From NCBI GenBank assembly GCA_022822205.1, contig JAJECC010000038.1, positions 68,529 to 132,528 of the forward strand: 64,000 bases of DNA. The letters run 5' to 3'. Both the position numbers and the translations under genes were made by a program. Below the pieces are notes generated by a model, which was not told the DNA's origin, ran no database searches, and was given only the letters and a program-made list of their open reading frames with translations. The first letter of the stretch is position 1. Every line of letters begins with the position of its first letter. Shown piece after piece: positions 19,605 through 30,066 of the stretch. The DNA comes from Rhodospirillales bacterium. GTDB taxonomy: Bacteria; Pseudomonadota; Alphaproteobacteria; Rhodospirillales; UBA2165.

Positions 19605-20885
19605 TTATCGTTGCGCCTGTTCGATCCGTTCGAAATAGCGGTCGATTGCCTGAGCGACCGAATCGGCGATCCGCGCCCGGTAGCCTTCCCGGCGGAGCGC
19701 CCGCTCATCCTGGCGGTTGGACAGGAACCCCATCTCGATCAGCACCGAGGGGATATCGGGCGCCTTGAGGACGGCAAATCCCGCGAATCGATGAGTTCTT
19801 CGGAGCAGCGTGGTGACCCGGCGCAACTCCTGAACCAGCTCCGCCGCGAACCGGACGGATTCGTTCATGGTCTCCCGCTGGGCCAGATCGATCAGGATAT
19901 CCGTTACCTCGGGGGTTTCGGCCGAGAGGTCGACGCCGGCGATGAGGTCGGCCTTGTTCTCCTTGTCGGCCAGTTCCGCCGCTTCCTTGTCCGATGCTTT
20001 TTCCGACAAGGTATAGACCGACAATCCGCGGATGCCGGCTCGGCGAATGGAATCGGCATGCAAGGAAATAAACAGATCCGCGTCGTGCCTGCGGGCGATG
20101 GCGATGCGGTCGCGAAGCCGGATGAAGACGTCCCGGTCGCGGGTCAGGATCACCTTGTAGCGCCCGCTTCTTTCGAGGCGGCGTTTCAGGGTACGCGCCG
20201 TCCGGAGCGTAATATCCTTCTCCAGCACCCCGCTCCGCCCGATGGCGCCGGGGTCGACGCCGCCGTGTCCGGGATCGATGGCGATGATCCGGCGGTCTCT
20301 CCGGGCGCGCGGCTTGCGGTTCGGGATCGGCAGACCCGGGGCCGCCCGCGCCGTCTCCCGAGCGGACGCCCGGCCCCGGGCGCGTCCTCTGGCGCGGCGG
20401 GGCTCGACCAGTTCGGCCATGAACCTCGCGCGGTCGCTGGGCTTCATGTCCACCACCAGCCGGTGGCCGCGATTTCCGGAGGGCGGCACCAGAAACGCCG
20501 CGGTGATCCGCATGGGTCCGCCCATGTCGAGCACCACCCGCGACGCGCCGGCTTTGAACAGTCCGTAGCGCAGGCTCTTGATCAGGCCGACGTTCCTGGG
20601 CAGCGGCCGGGCCGGCAGCTGCCAGCGGAGCTCCGGCAAATCGATGACCAGACGATAGGGATCGACCAGCGCGAAGTAGGAGAACTTGACCGGTCCGGTC
20701 AGATCCATGACGAACCGGGTCCGATCGCCGCTGACGCCCGCCCGGAGATCATTGGCCACAACGACGTCCCGGGCCGGGGCGTCACCGGCCGGCAACGCAC
20801 CGAGCGCCGACGCAAGAATCAGCGTCCGTATCACCCGCGAGAGCGGCAGACACACGGCGCTGAAACTCTTCCGGATTGAAACCAT
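19605..20885 (-). CDS. N-acetylmuramoyl-L-alanine amidase with AMIN domain (AmiC-like)
   Basis: IAIDPGHGGVDPGA, EKDITL, FISLHAD, FAVLKAPDIPSVLIEMGFLSN; start uncertain. Confidence 0.92.
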   Translation of the reverse strand: MVSIRKSFSAVCLPLSRVIRTLILASALGALPAGDAPARDVVVANDLRAGVSGDRTRFVMDLTGPVKFSYFALVDPYRLVIDLPELRWQLPARPLPRNVGLIKSLRYGLFKAGASRVVLDMGGPMRITAAFLVPPSGNRGHRLVVDMKPSDRARFMAELVEPRRARGRARGRASARETARAAPGLPIPNRKPRARRDRRIIAIDPGHGGVDPGAIGRSGVLEKDITLRTARTLKRRLERSGRYKVILTRDRDVFIRLRDRIAIARRHDADLFISLHADSIRRAGIRGLSVYTLSEKASDKEAAELADKENKADLIAGVDLSAETPEVTDILIDLAQRETMNESVRFAAELVQELRRVTTLLRRTHRFAGFAVLKAPDIPSVLIEMGFLSNRQDERALRREGYRARIADSVAQAIDRYFERIEQAQR

Positions 20886-21323
20886 ATCCGTGAACACGCA
20901 TACACCATCCGCCGGCGGAAATTCGCGAAATGCGATAAGTCCCGCCGGATTCCTGTACATAAGGTGATTGTCGAACACTATTCCTACCGTTATGTTAACG
21001 GCGTGAAGCGTGGCGGGACTTGTTGAATGGGAGGCACGCGCGTACGGCGAATTGGCCAGACAGGCCCGGAGCCGACGCCTTACCGCCGGCCCTAATGCTC
21101 CGCCACATCAAAGCTTCCGAACCAGTGAAAGTAGATTATTCGATGCCGGTAATGGCAGCCCAAATCAACCGTCCGGCCAGCCCGGCCCCGCGAATCGCGG
21201 GCGCCGGACATCTGGAGCGGACCTATTCGATGCGGGGCGCCGCCGGCAAAATTGCAAATACGACCAAGGCGGGACGCGGCTTCGATGCCGGCGGCCCGGC
21301 CTGGTCCCGGAGTTTTAGATCAA

Positions 21324-23771
21324 ATGACCAAGAGAATGTTGATCGACGCGGCCCACCCGGAAGAGACCCGTGTGGCCACCGTCGACGGAAATCGGCTTGA
21401 AGAGCTAGACGTAGAATCAGCCGCCAGGCGGCAACTCAAGGGAAACATTTATTTGGCAAAGGTGACGCGGGTGGAGCCCTCGCTCCAAGCGGCCTTTGTC
21501 GACTATGGCGGCAACCGCCACGGTTTCCTGGCCTTCAGTGAAATTCATCCCGACTACTACCAAATCCCGGTCGCCGACCGCGAAGCGCTTATCGCCGAGG
21601 ACGAGGCCGCCGAAGCGGCGGAGGCGGAAGCGGACGAAACCGATGCCGCGGATGACGGTAAGCCGGATACCAAGGGGGTCGAGACCATTGGCGGCGGCGA
21701 CATCGACGATGTCGAGGAGCGACGCGCCAACCGGCCGGTCCGCCGCTACAAAATCCAGGAAGTCATCAAACGGCGCCAGATTCTGCTGATCCAAGTCGTC
21801 AAGGAGGAGCGGGGCAACAAGGGCGCGGCGCTCACCACCTATTTGTCTCTCGCCGGCCGGTATTGCGTGCTGATGCCGAATACGGCGCGCGGCGGCGGCA
21901 TCTCCCGCAAGATTTCCAATGCCAAGGACCGCAAACGGCTGAAATCAATCATCTCGGAACTCGATATCCCGAAGGGGATCGCGGTCATCGTCAGGACCGC
22001 CGGGTCGGACCGGGGCAAGGCCGAAATCAAGCGGGACTACGAATACCTCATCAAGCTTTGGGACAACGTCCGGACGCGCACTTTGGAATCGACGGCGCCC
22101 GCGCTGATTCACGAGGAAGCGAACCTCATCAACCGCTCGATCCGGGATCAATACACCCGCGATATCGATGAAATCCTCGTGGAAGGCGATGACGGCTACC
22201 GGGCGGCCAAGGATCTGATGAAGATGCTGGTCCCCAGCCATGCGAAGAAGGTGCAGCCCTATCGCGATCCCGCCGTACCCCTGTTCCAGCGCTATCACGT
22301 CGAGAGCCAGCTCGAAACCATGCACAATCAGGACGTGCAGCTGAAGTCGGGCGGCTACATCGTGCTCAGCCCGACCGAGGCGCTGGTCGCCATCGACGTC
22401 AACTCGGGCCGGGCCACCCGCGGACGCAATATCGAGGAAACCGCGCTCAAGACAAACCTGGAGGCCGCCTCCGAAATCGCCCGGCAGCTAAAGCTCCGCG
22501 ATCTCGCCGGATTGATTGTCATCGATTTCATCGACATGGACGTCAACAAGAACCAGACGGCGGTGGAGCGTAAACTAAAGGAAGCCATGCGCCATGACCG
22601 GGCGCGCATTCAAATCGGCCGGATTAGTCCGTTCGGCCTTTTGGAATTGTCCCGTCAGCGGCTTCGCCCGAGTTTGGCCGAGACCTACTCGGATCCATGC
22701 CCCCATTGCGGCGGGACGGGAATCATGCGGTCCGTCGAATCCACCGCCGTCCATGTGCTCCGCGGCATCGAGGAAGAAGGCGTGCGGGGCCGCGCGACGG
22801 AAATCGAGGTCGCCATGCCGCCCTCGGTGGCGCTCTACGTCCTGAACCAAAAGCGCGAAACCATCGCGCAGTTGGAGGAGAAATTTGGCTTCAGGATCAT
22901 CGTCTCCCAGGATGACGAGTTGATCCCGCCGGACTACGACATCAAACGGACCACGCTTGCCGAGGGTGCCGGGGACGACGATCAGGACGAAGCCTCGGCC
23001 AAGGATGACGGCCAACCCGCGGATGACGGCAGGAAGAAGAAACGCCGACGCCGGGGCCGGCGCCGGCGCGGCGACGATCAGGCCGAGACCCAGGCGGACA
23101 ACGACGCCGGCGAAAACGAGGAATTGAAGCCGTCCGGCGACGAGACCGAATCCGACGAGAGCGCCGAAGCCGCCGCCGGCTCGGATGAAGACGACGGCGA
23201 GCAGAAGAAACCCCGCCGCCGCCGGGGCCGCCGCGGCGGCCGTCGACGGTCACGGAACACCGAAACCGAGGGCGCCGAGGAAAGCAGCGAAGCGGCCGAA
23301 ACCGCCGAAGAAGGCGATGCGGCGGTCGTCGCGCCCGAACCCGAGGAGGAGGCGGAGGAAACGTCGGAAAACGCCGAAGAAAAACCCAAGCCGCGCCGCC
23401 GCCGCCGGGTTCGCCGGCGGGCCGCGAGTTCCGATACCGGCGATGCGGCCGCCGCCGACGAGGACGATAAATCAGAGGATCCGGCCCCCGAGGCCGGCGC
23501 GGAACCTACGGAGACGCCGGAACCGGCGGACCTCGCCGAGCAGCCAACCGAACCGGCGGCCGAACCGGTTGAGGCGCCGGAGCCTTTGGCCGCCGCGCCG
23601 CAGCCGGACACGAACCCGCCCAGGGAACAACCGGCCCCGGTCGAAGAACGTGCGCCGGCGGCGGAGCCTGAACCACCCGCATCGACGCCGGTAGTCGTTC
23701 AGGACGGCGACGGCGCCCCCGCCGAAACCGATCCCGGCGAGCCGCCCAAGCGGGGATGGTGGAGCCGCTAA
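21324..23771 (+). CDS. rne: ribonuclease E
   Basis: MLIDAAHPEETRV, S1 domain GNIYLAKVTRVEPSLQAAFV, IDVNSG, CPHC; acidic/Arg-rich disordered tail ending in GWW. Confidence 0.96.
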   Translation: MTKRMLIDAAHPEETRVATVDGNRLEELDVESAARRQLKGNIYLAKVTRVEPSLQAAFVDYGGNRHGFLAFSEIHPDYYQIPVADREALIAEDEAAEAAEAEADETDAADDGKPDTKGVETIGGGDIDDVEERRANRPVRRYKIQEVIKRRQILLIQVVKEERGNKGAALTTYLSLAGRYCVLMPNTARGGGISRKISNAKDRKRLKSIISELDIPKGIAVIVRTAGSDRGKAEIKRDYEYLIKLWDNVRTRTLESTAPALIHEEANLINRSIRDQYTRDIDEILVEGDDGYRAAKDLMKMLVPSHAKKVQPYRDPAVPLFQRYHVESQLETMHNQDVQLKSGGYIVLSPTEALVAIDVNSGRATRGRNIEETALKTNLEAASEIARQLKLRDLAGLIVIDFIDMDVNKNQTAVERKLKEAMRHDRARIQIGRISPFGLLELSRQRLRPSLAETYSDPCPHCGGTGIMRSVESTAVHVLRGIEEEGVRGRATEIEVAMPPSVALYVLNQKRETIAQLEEKFGFRIIVSQDDELIPPDYDIKRTTLAEGAGDDDQDEASAKDDGQPADDGRKKKRRRRGRRRRGDDQAETQADNDAGENEELKPSGDETESDESAEAAAGSDEDDGEQKKPRRRRGRRGGRRRSRNTETEGAEESSEAAETAEEGDAAVVAPEPEEEAEETSENAEEKPKPRRRRRVRRRAASSDTGDAAAADEDDKSEDPAPEAGAEPTETPEPADLAEQPTEPAAEPVEAPEPLAAAPQPDTNPPREQPAPVEERAPAAEPEPPASTPVVVQDGDGAPAETDPGEPPKRGWWSR

Positions 23772-23783
23772 CCGGACCGGCGA

Positions 23784-24932
23784 TCAGGCCAGCCAGCCGA
23801 TAAGTCGTTCGGCGGCGCCCGCCATCACGGCGTTGGCGCCGGCAAAGGAAAACCTCAGGTGCCGGTGCCCCCGCCCGGGATCGAAATCGATCCCGGGTGT
23901 CGCGGCCACCCCGGTCTCCGCCAACATTTTCCGGCAGAAGGCGTCACTGTCGTCGGTCAGGTGAGAGACGTCGGCATACAGGTAGAACGCCCCGTCCGCC
24001 GGCGCGATTTCCCGGAAACCGGCGCGCGGCAATTCGCGGAGCAACAGTTCCCGGTTCTCCGCATATTGCCCGACATATCGGTCCAGTTCGTCCCGGCAAT
24101 CGAACACCGCCGTAGCCGCGATCTGGGAAAGCGTCGGTGGCGAAATGAACAGGTTCTGGGTCAGACACTCGATGGACCGCAGAAGCGGCTCGGGAACCAC
24201 CATCCAGCCCAGCCGCCATCCGGTCATCGAGCAGTATTTCGAAAAGCTGTTGATGACGATGGCGTCCGGGTCGAAGGCAAGCGCGGTCACCGGGTCCGGC
24301 CCGAAGGTGATGCCGTGATAAATCTCATCCGAGATCAACCGGACGCCGTTGTCCCGGCACCACTTCGTCAATTGCCGCATCTCCGGCTCCATGATCATTG
24401 AGCCGGTTGGATTGGACGGGCTGGCGACAATCAATCCGTCAATGGCATGGCCCGCCTTTTCCAACACGTCGGGCGTCGGCTGGAAATGCGTTTCCGGCCC
24501 CACTTCGATCGTCACCGCTTCGATGCCCAGCGCCGTCAGGATGTTGCGGTACGCCGGGTACCCGGGCGCGACGAGGGCGACTCTGTCCCCGGCGTCGAAC
24601 GCGGCCAGAAACGACAGCAGGAATCCGCCCGATGAACCGGTGGTGATCACCACCCGGCCGGGGTCGACGTCGGCGCCATACCTGATCTTGTACTGCTCGG
24701 CGATCAGATTCCGGAGGGCGGGAACGCCAAGGGCATCGGTATATCCGATCAAATCCTCGTCAAGGGCCGATTTGGCACGGTCCAGAACCGCCGCCGGCGC
24801 CGGCGTTCCCGGCTGTCCGACTTCGAGATGCAGGACATCCTTGCCGGACGCCGCGCGTTCGTTCGCGGCGCGCATCACGTCCATGACGATGAACGGCGAG
24901 ATCAGTCCCCGGGAGGAAACCTTGAGCGCCAT
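23784..24932 (-). CDS. PLP-dependent class I/II aminotransferase
   Basis: SPSNPTG, ISDEIYHG, NSFSKYCSMTGWRLGW. Confidence 0.92.
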   Translation of the reverse strand: MALKVSSRGLISPFIVMDVMRAANERAASGKDVLHLEVGQPGTPAPAAVLDRAKSALDEDLIGYTDALGVPALRNLIAEQYKIRYGADVDPGRVVITTGSSGGFLLSFLAAFDAGDRVALVAPGYPAYRNILTALGIEAVTIEVGPETHFQPTPDVLEKAGHAIDGLIVASPSNPTGSMIMEPEMRQLTKWCRDNGVRLISDEIYHGITFGPDPVTALAFDPDAIVINSFSKYCSMTGWRLGWMVVPEPLLRSIECLTQNLFISPPTLSQIAATAVFDCRDELDRYVGQYAENRELLLRELPRAGFREIAPADGAFYLYADVSHLTDDSDAFCRKMLAETGVAATPGIDFDPGRGHRHLRFSFAGANAVMAGAAERLIGWLA

Positions 24933-24935
24933 TTC

Positions 24936-26510
24936 CTACTGCTCGGCCGTCGCCGCAAGGCCGTGAGACCTCGAGTCCACGGCAAACCGGCATTGCTCCG
25001 GACCGCGCTCAAGGCCCGCCCGGCAATGAAGCGCACTGACGCGTCCGAGAACCGCCGCCTCGCCGAGGCGATGGCCCCTGTCCCGAAGAAACCGCAGCGA
25101 CCTTCCATCCATGCCCGCTTCAAAATAGGTGGTATCGCCGTTCCCCGGCCGGCTCACGCGCCTTAGCGCCAGCGCCTCCTTCAGCGGAATGTCCGCCAGC
25201 ATCGTCGCGGCGGCAACGGCGGGGACCGCCTCCGGCGTTGCCGGCGCACCGCCGCCGGCGGCGGCGAAGTGCACCTGCTGCGTGTTGGGATTAAGAACGA
25301 TAACCGGGCTGAGCGGCGCGGGACGCGTCGGCGCCGCCGCCATGAACACGCCCGTTCCCCGTGCCATTCTCCCCGAACCGAAGGGTGCGTTCATGGTCAG
25401 GCTGCATGCAACGGCCGATCCCGTCCGGTCGGCCGCGACGAACCCGGTCGACGAAGAAGCGCCATTGCCGCCGGGCGCTTGGCCGATGCCGATGGAAGCG
25501 GGCCGGTGCCGGCCCGAGGCCAGGTTTCCCGCCAAGCGATCGACGTAGGATTCGGAAATCAGCCGCGGACGCTTCTTGGTTCCGCCGACGGGCGGTGCTT
25601 GAGGATCGGCGAGCAACTCGCCGGCGGCGGAAGACGAAGCCTCGGCGATCAGATGCAGGCGTGCATCGCCGCCCAAATCCTCGAATGCATCGTCGGCCGC
25701 GAGCAATGCGTATAGAACGGCGGCGGCCCGGCCTGCCGACGGGGCATCGGCGAAGTGCGCCGAATGGCGGCCCGACTCCACCTCGATTGTCGTCCCCCAG
25801 GACGGATTGTAGGAACGGAGGTCCTCCAACGTCATGGAACCGCCCGCGAGCCGCACGGCATGGGCGAACTCGCCGCTTAACTTGCCCCGATATAACTCGC
25901 CCGGCCCCCGCGCCCGCAGACTGGACAGAATTCCCGCCAGATCGATCTGGCGCAGAAATTGGCCCTCCTTCAATGGCTGGCCATCGGGGGCGAGAATGTT
26001 CCACGATTGTTGATGGGGCCGCAGCCAAGCCCGCGCCCAGGCGATGTCCCAGGCGAGCGCCCGCGAAGCCCGCGTCCCAAACCGCGCCAGCTGTTCCGCG
26101 CGCGAAACATGCGTCGCCCAGGGCTGATTGCCGAAACGCGCATGCAGGGCAAAAAATCCTGCGGGATTTCCGGGGACGGCGGTCCGAACGGTACCGGGCG
26201 GTGCGGGATTGGCCGGCTGGCCCGGAAGAAATCGCAGGGTTTCGATTTTCTTGCCTTCGGCATCATAGACCAGGCACACACCGCCGCCGCCGAGACCGGC
26301 CGCGGACGGATAGGTCACCGATAGGGTGAAATACATCGCCGTGGCGGCATCCGCCGCCGACCCGCCCGAGGCGAGCACTTGGCGGCCCACCAGCGCGGCC
26401 CGGGGCTCTTCTGCGGCGACGCCGCCGACAAAGCCGAGAACACTGCCCTCGACCCCCTCCAGCGGCTTCTCCCCGGCGCACGCGGCGAGAGCGAGCGCCG
26501 TCAACGCCAA
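24936..26510 (-). CDS. gamma-glutamyltransferase-family lipoprotein (atypical active site)
   Basis: GGSAADAA, AGLGGGG, AVPG, AADRTGSAVACSLTMNAPFGSG; LAAC lipobox; start uncertain, the track start 26714 overlaps the divergent gene. Confidence 0.8.
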   Translation of the reverse strand: MALTALALAACAGEKPLEGVEGSVLGFVGGVAAEEPRAALVGRQVLASGGSAADAATAMYFTLSVTYPSAAGLGGGGVCLVYDAEGKKIETLRFLPGQPANPAPPGTVRTAVPGNPAGFFALHARFGNQPWATHVSRAEQLARFGTRASRALAWDIAWARAWLRPHQQSWNILAPDGQPLKEGQFLRQIDLAGILSSLRARGPGELYRGKLSGEFAHAVRLAGGSMTLEDLRSYNPSWGTTIEVESGRHSAHFADAPSAGRAAAVLYALLAADDAFEDLGGDARLHLIAEASSSAAGELLADPQAPPVGGTKKRPRLISESYVDRLAGNLASGRHRPASIGIGQAPGGNGASSSTGFVAADRTGSAVACSLTMNAPFGSGRMARGTGVFMAAAPTRPAPLSPVIVLNPNTQQVHFAAAGGGAPATPEAVPAVAAATMLADIPLKEALALRRVSRPGNGDTTYFEAGMDGRSLRFLRDRGHRLGEAAVLGRVSALHCRAGLERGPEQCRFAVDSRSHGLAATAEQ

Positions 26511-26586
26511 CGTTAATTGACGGTGGTAAACGCGGTGTCTACCCTCGCGGAAATATTTGGAGACCCCCCAATTGTCTTGTCGTCGA

Positions 26587-27948
26587 ATGGCGTGTCGCAT
26601 TTTGCTCGTGGCCGTCCTCGCTCTTGGCGGCGCCTTCGTCCTGTCGGTTGACAAGGCGGCCGCACAGAAAACCTCGTTTATCCGGGATGCGGAAACAGAA
26701 GGTATCATCCGCATTTATGCCACACCACTTTTCGAAGCGGCAAACCTTGAACCGACGGCGATCAGAATCTTTTTGATCAATGATCGGGCGCTCAACGCGT
26801 TCGTGGCCGGCGGGCTGAACCTGTTCATCAATACCGGTCTGATCATGCGGGCCCGGACCCCGGGAGAGGTGATCGGCGTGATTGCGCACGAAACCGGCCA
26901 TATGTCGGGGGGACACCTGTCGCGAATTCCAGGCGCGGCCCGGAACGCAACCGCCCATGCCATTATGGGTTATATTCTGGGCGGCGTCGCCGCCATCGGC
27001 GGCCGGCCGGATGTGGGCGCGGCCGTCGTCGCCGGCCAACAAGGGGTCGCACAGCGAAGCTTCCTCCAGTTCTCCAGAACCCAGGAAAACGCCGCCGACC
27101 AGGCGGCGGTACGGCTGCTCGACGCCACCCGGCAATCCGCCCGCGGATTGCTGCGCTTCATGGACGTTCTCCGGGGGCAGGAAGCCTTGAGTACGGCCTC
27201 GCAGGACCCCTATGTGCGGACCCACCCCCTGTCCTCGGACCGAATGTCGTTTCTGGAAGAACATGTGCGGCAATCTCCCTATTCCGACGTCCCCGCCAAT
27301 CCGGAATTGGTAAAATTGCATAACCGCATGCGGGCCAAGCTGATCGCCTTCATCGAGCCGCCGCCGCGCACCTTCCGGGCCTTTCCCGATAGCGACCGAT
27401 CCGTGGCCGCCCGCTATGCCCGTTCCATAGCGCATTACCGGGGCGCCAACATCGAACAGGCGCTGGACGGCATCAGCGGGCTGATCGCCGATTTTCCGGA
27501 AGACGGCTATTTCCGGGAACTAAAGGGCCAGATTTTGTTTGAGAGCGGCCGCGCGCGGGAGGCCTTGCCCTACTACGAGGAGGCCATTCGTCTGGTCCCG
27601 GATTCGGCCGTGCTGCGGGCCGACATCGGCCGCGTCCAGGTGTCGACCCAGGACCCGGCCCTGCTCGACGCAGCCATCCAAAACCTGTCCGCGTCGCTGA
27701 GCCGGGAGCCGAACCGGGCGTCGGTGTGGCGTCAACTGGGCATCGCCTATGGCCGGAAGGGCGAGCGGGGACGCATGTCTCATGCCCTCGCCGAGCAGGC
27801 TCTGCTGGAACGCCGCTATCGCGATGCCAAGGGGCTCGCGGACCGGGCGATCGGTCTGCTCCCGGCCGGCTCACCTGCGTGGATACGAGCCCAGGACGTG
27901 GTTTCCGCGGCCGAGACCGGTCTGGTCCGGCAGCGCCGAAACCGGTAG
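26587..27948 (+). CDS. M48 family metalloprotease with TPR repeats (BepA/YfgC-like)
   Basis: Signal peptide, IRDAE, NAFV, HETGH zinc motif, ENAAD, RTHP, TPR-like C-terminus. Confidence 0.92.
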   Translation: MACRILLVAVLALGGAFVLSVDKAAAQKTSFIRDAETEGIIRIYATPLFEAANLEPTAIRIFLINDRALNAFVAGGLNLFINTGLIMRARTPGEVIGVIAHETGHMSGGHLSRIPGAARNATAHAIMGYILGGVAAIGGRPDVGAAVVAGQQGVAQRSFLQFSRTQENAADQAAVRLLDATRQSARGLLRFMDVLRGQEALSTASQDPYVRTHPLSSDRMSFLEEHVRQSPYSDVPANPELVKLHNRMRAKLIAFIEPPPRTFRAFPDSDRSVAARYARSIAHYRGANIEQALDGISGLIADFPEDGYFRELKGQILFESGRAREALPYYEEAIRLVPDSAVLRADIGRVQVSTQDPALLDAAIQNLSASLSREPNRASVWRQLGIAYGRKGERGRMSHALAEQALLERRYRDAKGLADRAIGLLPAGSPAWIRAQDVVSAAETGLVRQRRNR

Positions 27949-28086
27949 CCGCGGCCCGCCAATCTCCAGCATCTCCGCCTGGGGTCGTTTTTTCGTGAGA
28001 CCAAAGGGGTTCCGGACGTCCCCACTTGTTCCCCGGCGGGGGCTGGGTCATCATCCCGACGTCACAACCGCCGGGTATCCCGTTTG

Positions 28087-28857
28087 ATGAAAAGCCTCGT
28101 CGTCCTATTGGCGCTCGCCGCCGCGACCCTCGCCCTCCCGGGTGACGCCGCCGCGCAAAGCGGTCCCCGGTCGTTTCCGGACGGGCTGACGGACCGGCAG
28201 AAGGAAGAGGTCCGGGAGCTGATCGGCGAATACCTCCGCGACAATCCCGAGATCATTCTCGAGGCGATTCAGATCCTCCAGCAGCGCGAACAGGCGCGGC
28301 AAAACGAGCAACAGCGCTCCAATCTGGCCTCGTACCGCCGCGAACTGGAACGCGACCCCACCTCGCCGGTCGGCGGAAACCCGAAGGGCGACATCACCAT
28401 CGTCGAGTTTTTCGACTACCGGTGCGGCTACTGCAAACAGGTGCTCCCGGCCATCCAGGAGCTGCTCAGGTCCGACGGCGACATTCGCTGGGTGTTCAAG
28501 GAGCTCCCCATCCTGTCGCGGGAATCGCGGATCGCCGCCCGGGCGGCGCTGGCCGCCTGGAATCTGGACCGGGACAAGTATATGGATTTCCATACCGCGC
28601 TGATGGAATCCCGGGGCGGCCTGTCCGAGCGCGACATTTTGCGCATGGCCGGGAACGTCGGCCTTGATCCGGAAGCGATCAAGGCCGGCTCGAACGATCC
28701 GGCGGTGGAGCAGGCGCTGCAACGCAATTCTCGGCTCGCCGAGCGCCTGGGGATTCGCGGAACCCCGGGCTTCATCATCGGCGATCAGGTGGTGCCGGGC
28801 GCGATCGACCTCCGGACCATGCGGCAAATGATCAAGGAACTTCGGGAACGTTCCTGA
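28087..28857 (+). CDS. DsbA-family thiol-disulfide oxidoreductase (Com1/ScsC-like)
   Basis: Signal peptide, YLRDNPEI, VEFFDYRCGYCK, GTP cis-Pro loop. Confidence 0.92.
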   Translation: MKSLVVLLALAAATLALPGDAAAQSGPRSFPDGLTDRQKEEVRELIGEYLRDNPEIILEAIQILQQREQARQNEQQRSNLASYRRELERDPTSPVGGNPKGDITIVEFFDYRCGYCKQVLPAIQELLRSDGDIRWVFKELPILSRESRIAARAALAAWNLDRDKYMDFHTALMESRGGLSERDILRMAGNVGLDPEAIKAGSNDPAVEQALQRNSRLAERLGIRGTPGFIIGDQVVPGAIDLRTMRQMIKELRERS

Positions 28858-28953
28858 GGCCTTCCGACTCCCGCCCGCGCCGTATTTTCAGTATTCGTTT
28901 CAAGGCCCTGCTTCTGTTATACCGGTGCCACGTCTAACGGGGGCACTCCTTCC

Positions 28954-30066
28954 ATGCGCGTTCTATCCGTCTTCGGCACCCGGCCCGAAGCCATCAAGAT
29001 GGCGCCCGTCGTCACCGAATTGGCGGCGCGCGACGGCATCGAGTCGTTTGTCTGCGTCAGCGCGCAGCACCGGGACATGCTCGACCAGGTTCTCGCCGCG
29101 TTCGAAATCGACCCCGAGTTCGATCTCGACATCATGACCCACGGACAGACCCTGGAGGACATCACGACCGCGGTGCTTCGCGGCCTGCCGCCGATCTTCA
29201 AGGAACTGGCGCCCGACCGGATACTGGTTCATGGCGATACCACGACGACAATGGCCGCCTCGCTGGCGGCGTTCCATGAGGGCATCCCGGTCGGACATGT
29301 GGAGGCCGGGCTTCGCAGCGGAAACATGATGGCGCCGTGGCCGGAGGAAATGAACCGCCGGGTGACCGACACGCTGTGCGATTTGCACTTCGCTCCCACC
29401 GAGTCGGCGCGTCAAAACCTGCTGCGCGAAGGTGTCGGCGAAAACGGCATTACGGTCACCGGCAATACGGTGATCGACGCGCTGTTCACCGCCCGCGACC
29501 GTCTGGCCGAAGAGGGCGGCCTCGCCGACGCCGTCCAATCCGGACTGCCCGCGCTGAACCCGGAACGTCAATTGATCCTGGTGACCGGCCACCGGCGGGA
29601 AAACTTCGGCGACGGATTTCAGCGGATCTGCGGCGCCCTCGCCGAACTCGGCGCGCGGCCCGATGTGGAGATCGTTTATCCGGTCCACCTCAATCCCAAC
29701 GTCCAGGCGCCGGTTCATGACATCCTCGGCGGCCGGGACAATGTGCACCTGGTCGAACCCGTCGCCTACCTGCCCTTCGTCGCCCTGATGGACCGGGCGC
29801 GGTTGATCATCACCGATTCCGGCGGCATACAGGAGGAAGCCCCGTCGCTCGGCAAGCCGGTTCTGGTCATGCGGGAGGTCACCGAGCGGCCGGAGGCCGT
29901 CGATGCCGGCACCGTGCGTCTGGTCGGCACCGACCGGGCGAAAATCGTTTCGGAGACCGAGCGGCTGTTGGATGACGCGGCGGCATACGATGAGATGAGC
30001 AAGGCCATCAACCCCTACGGCGACGGCAAGGCGGCCTCGCGAATAGCCGGCGTGATCGGCTCATGA
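28954..30066 (+). CDS. wecB: UDP-N-acetylglucosamine 2-epimerase
   Basis: [44 protein letters not shown]. Confidence 0.96.
   Translation: MRVLSVFGTRPEAIKMAPVVTELAARDGIESFVCVSAQHRDMLDQVLAAFEIDPEFDLDIMTHGQTLEDITTAVLRGLPPIFKELAPDRILVHGDTTTTMAASLAAFHEGIPVGHVEAGLRSGNMMAPWPEEMNRRVTDTLCDLHFAPTESARQNLLREGVGENGITVTGNTVIDALFTARDRLAEEGGLADAVQSGLPALNPERQLILVTGHRRENFGDGFQRICGALAELGARPDVEIVYPVHLNPNVQAPVHDILGGRDNVHLVEPVAYLPFVALMDRARLIITDSGGIQEEAPSLGKPVLVMREVTERPEAVDAGTVRLVGTDRAKIVSETERLLDDAAAYDEMSKAINPYGDGKAASRIAGVIGS

Noticed and set aside
22960-23760. Repetitive cgccgc/gccgaa-rich DNA that might be a repeat array
   Set aside because: Explained by the Arg-rich and acidic low-complexity tail of RNase E; no fixed repeat-spacer period.
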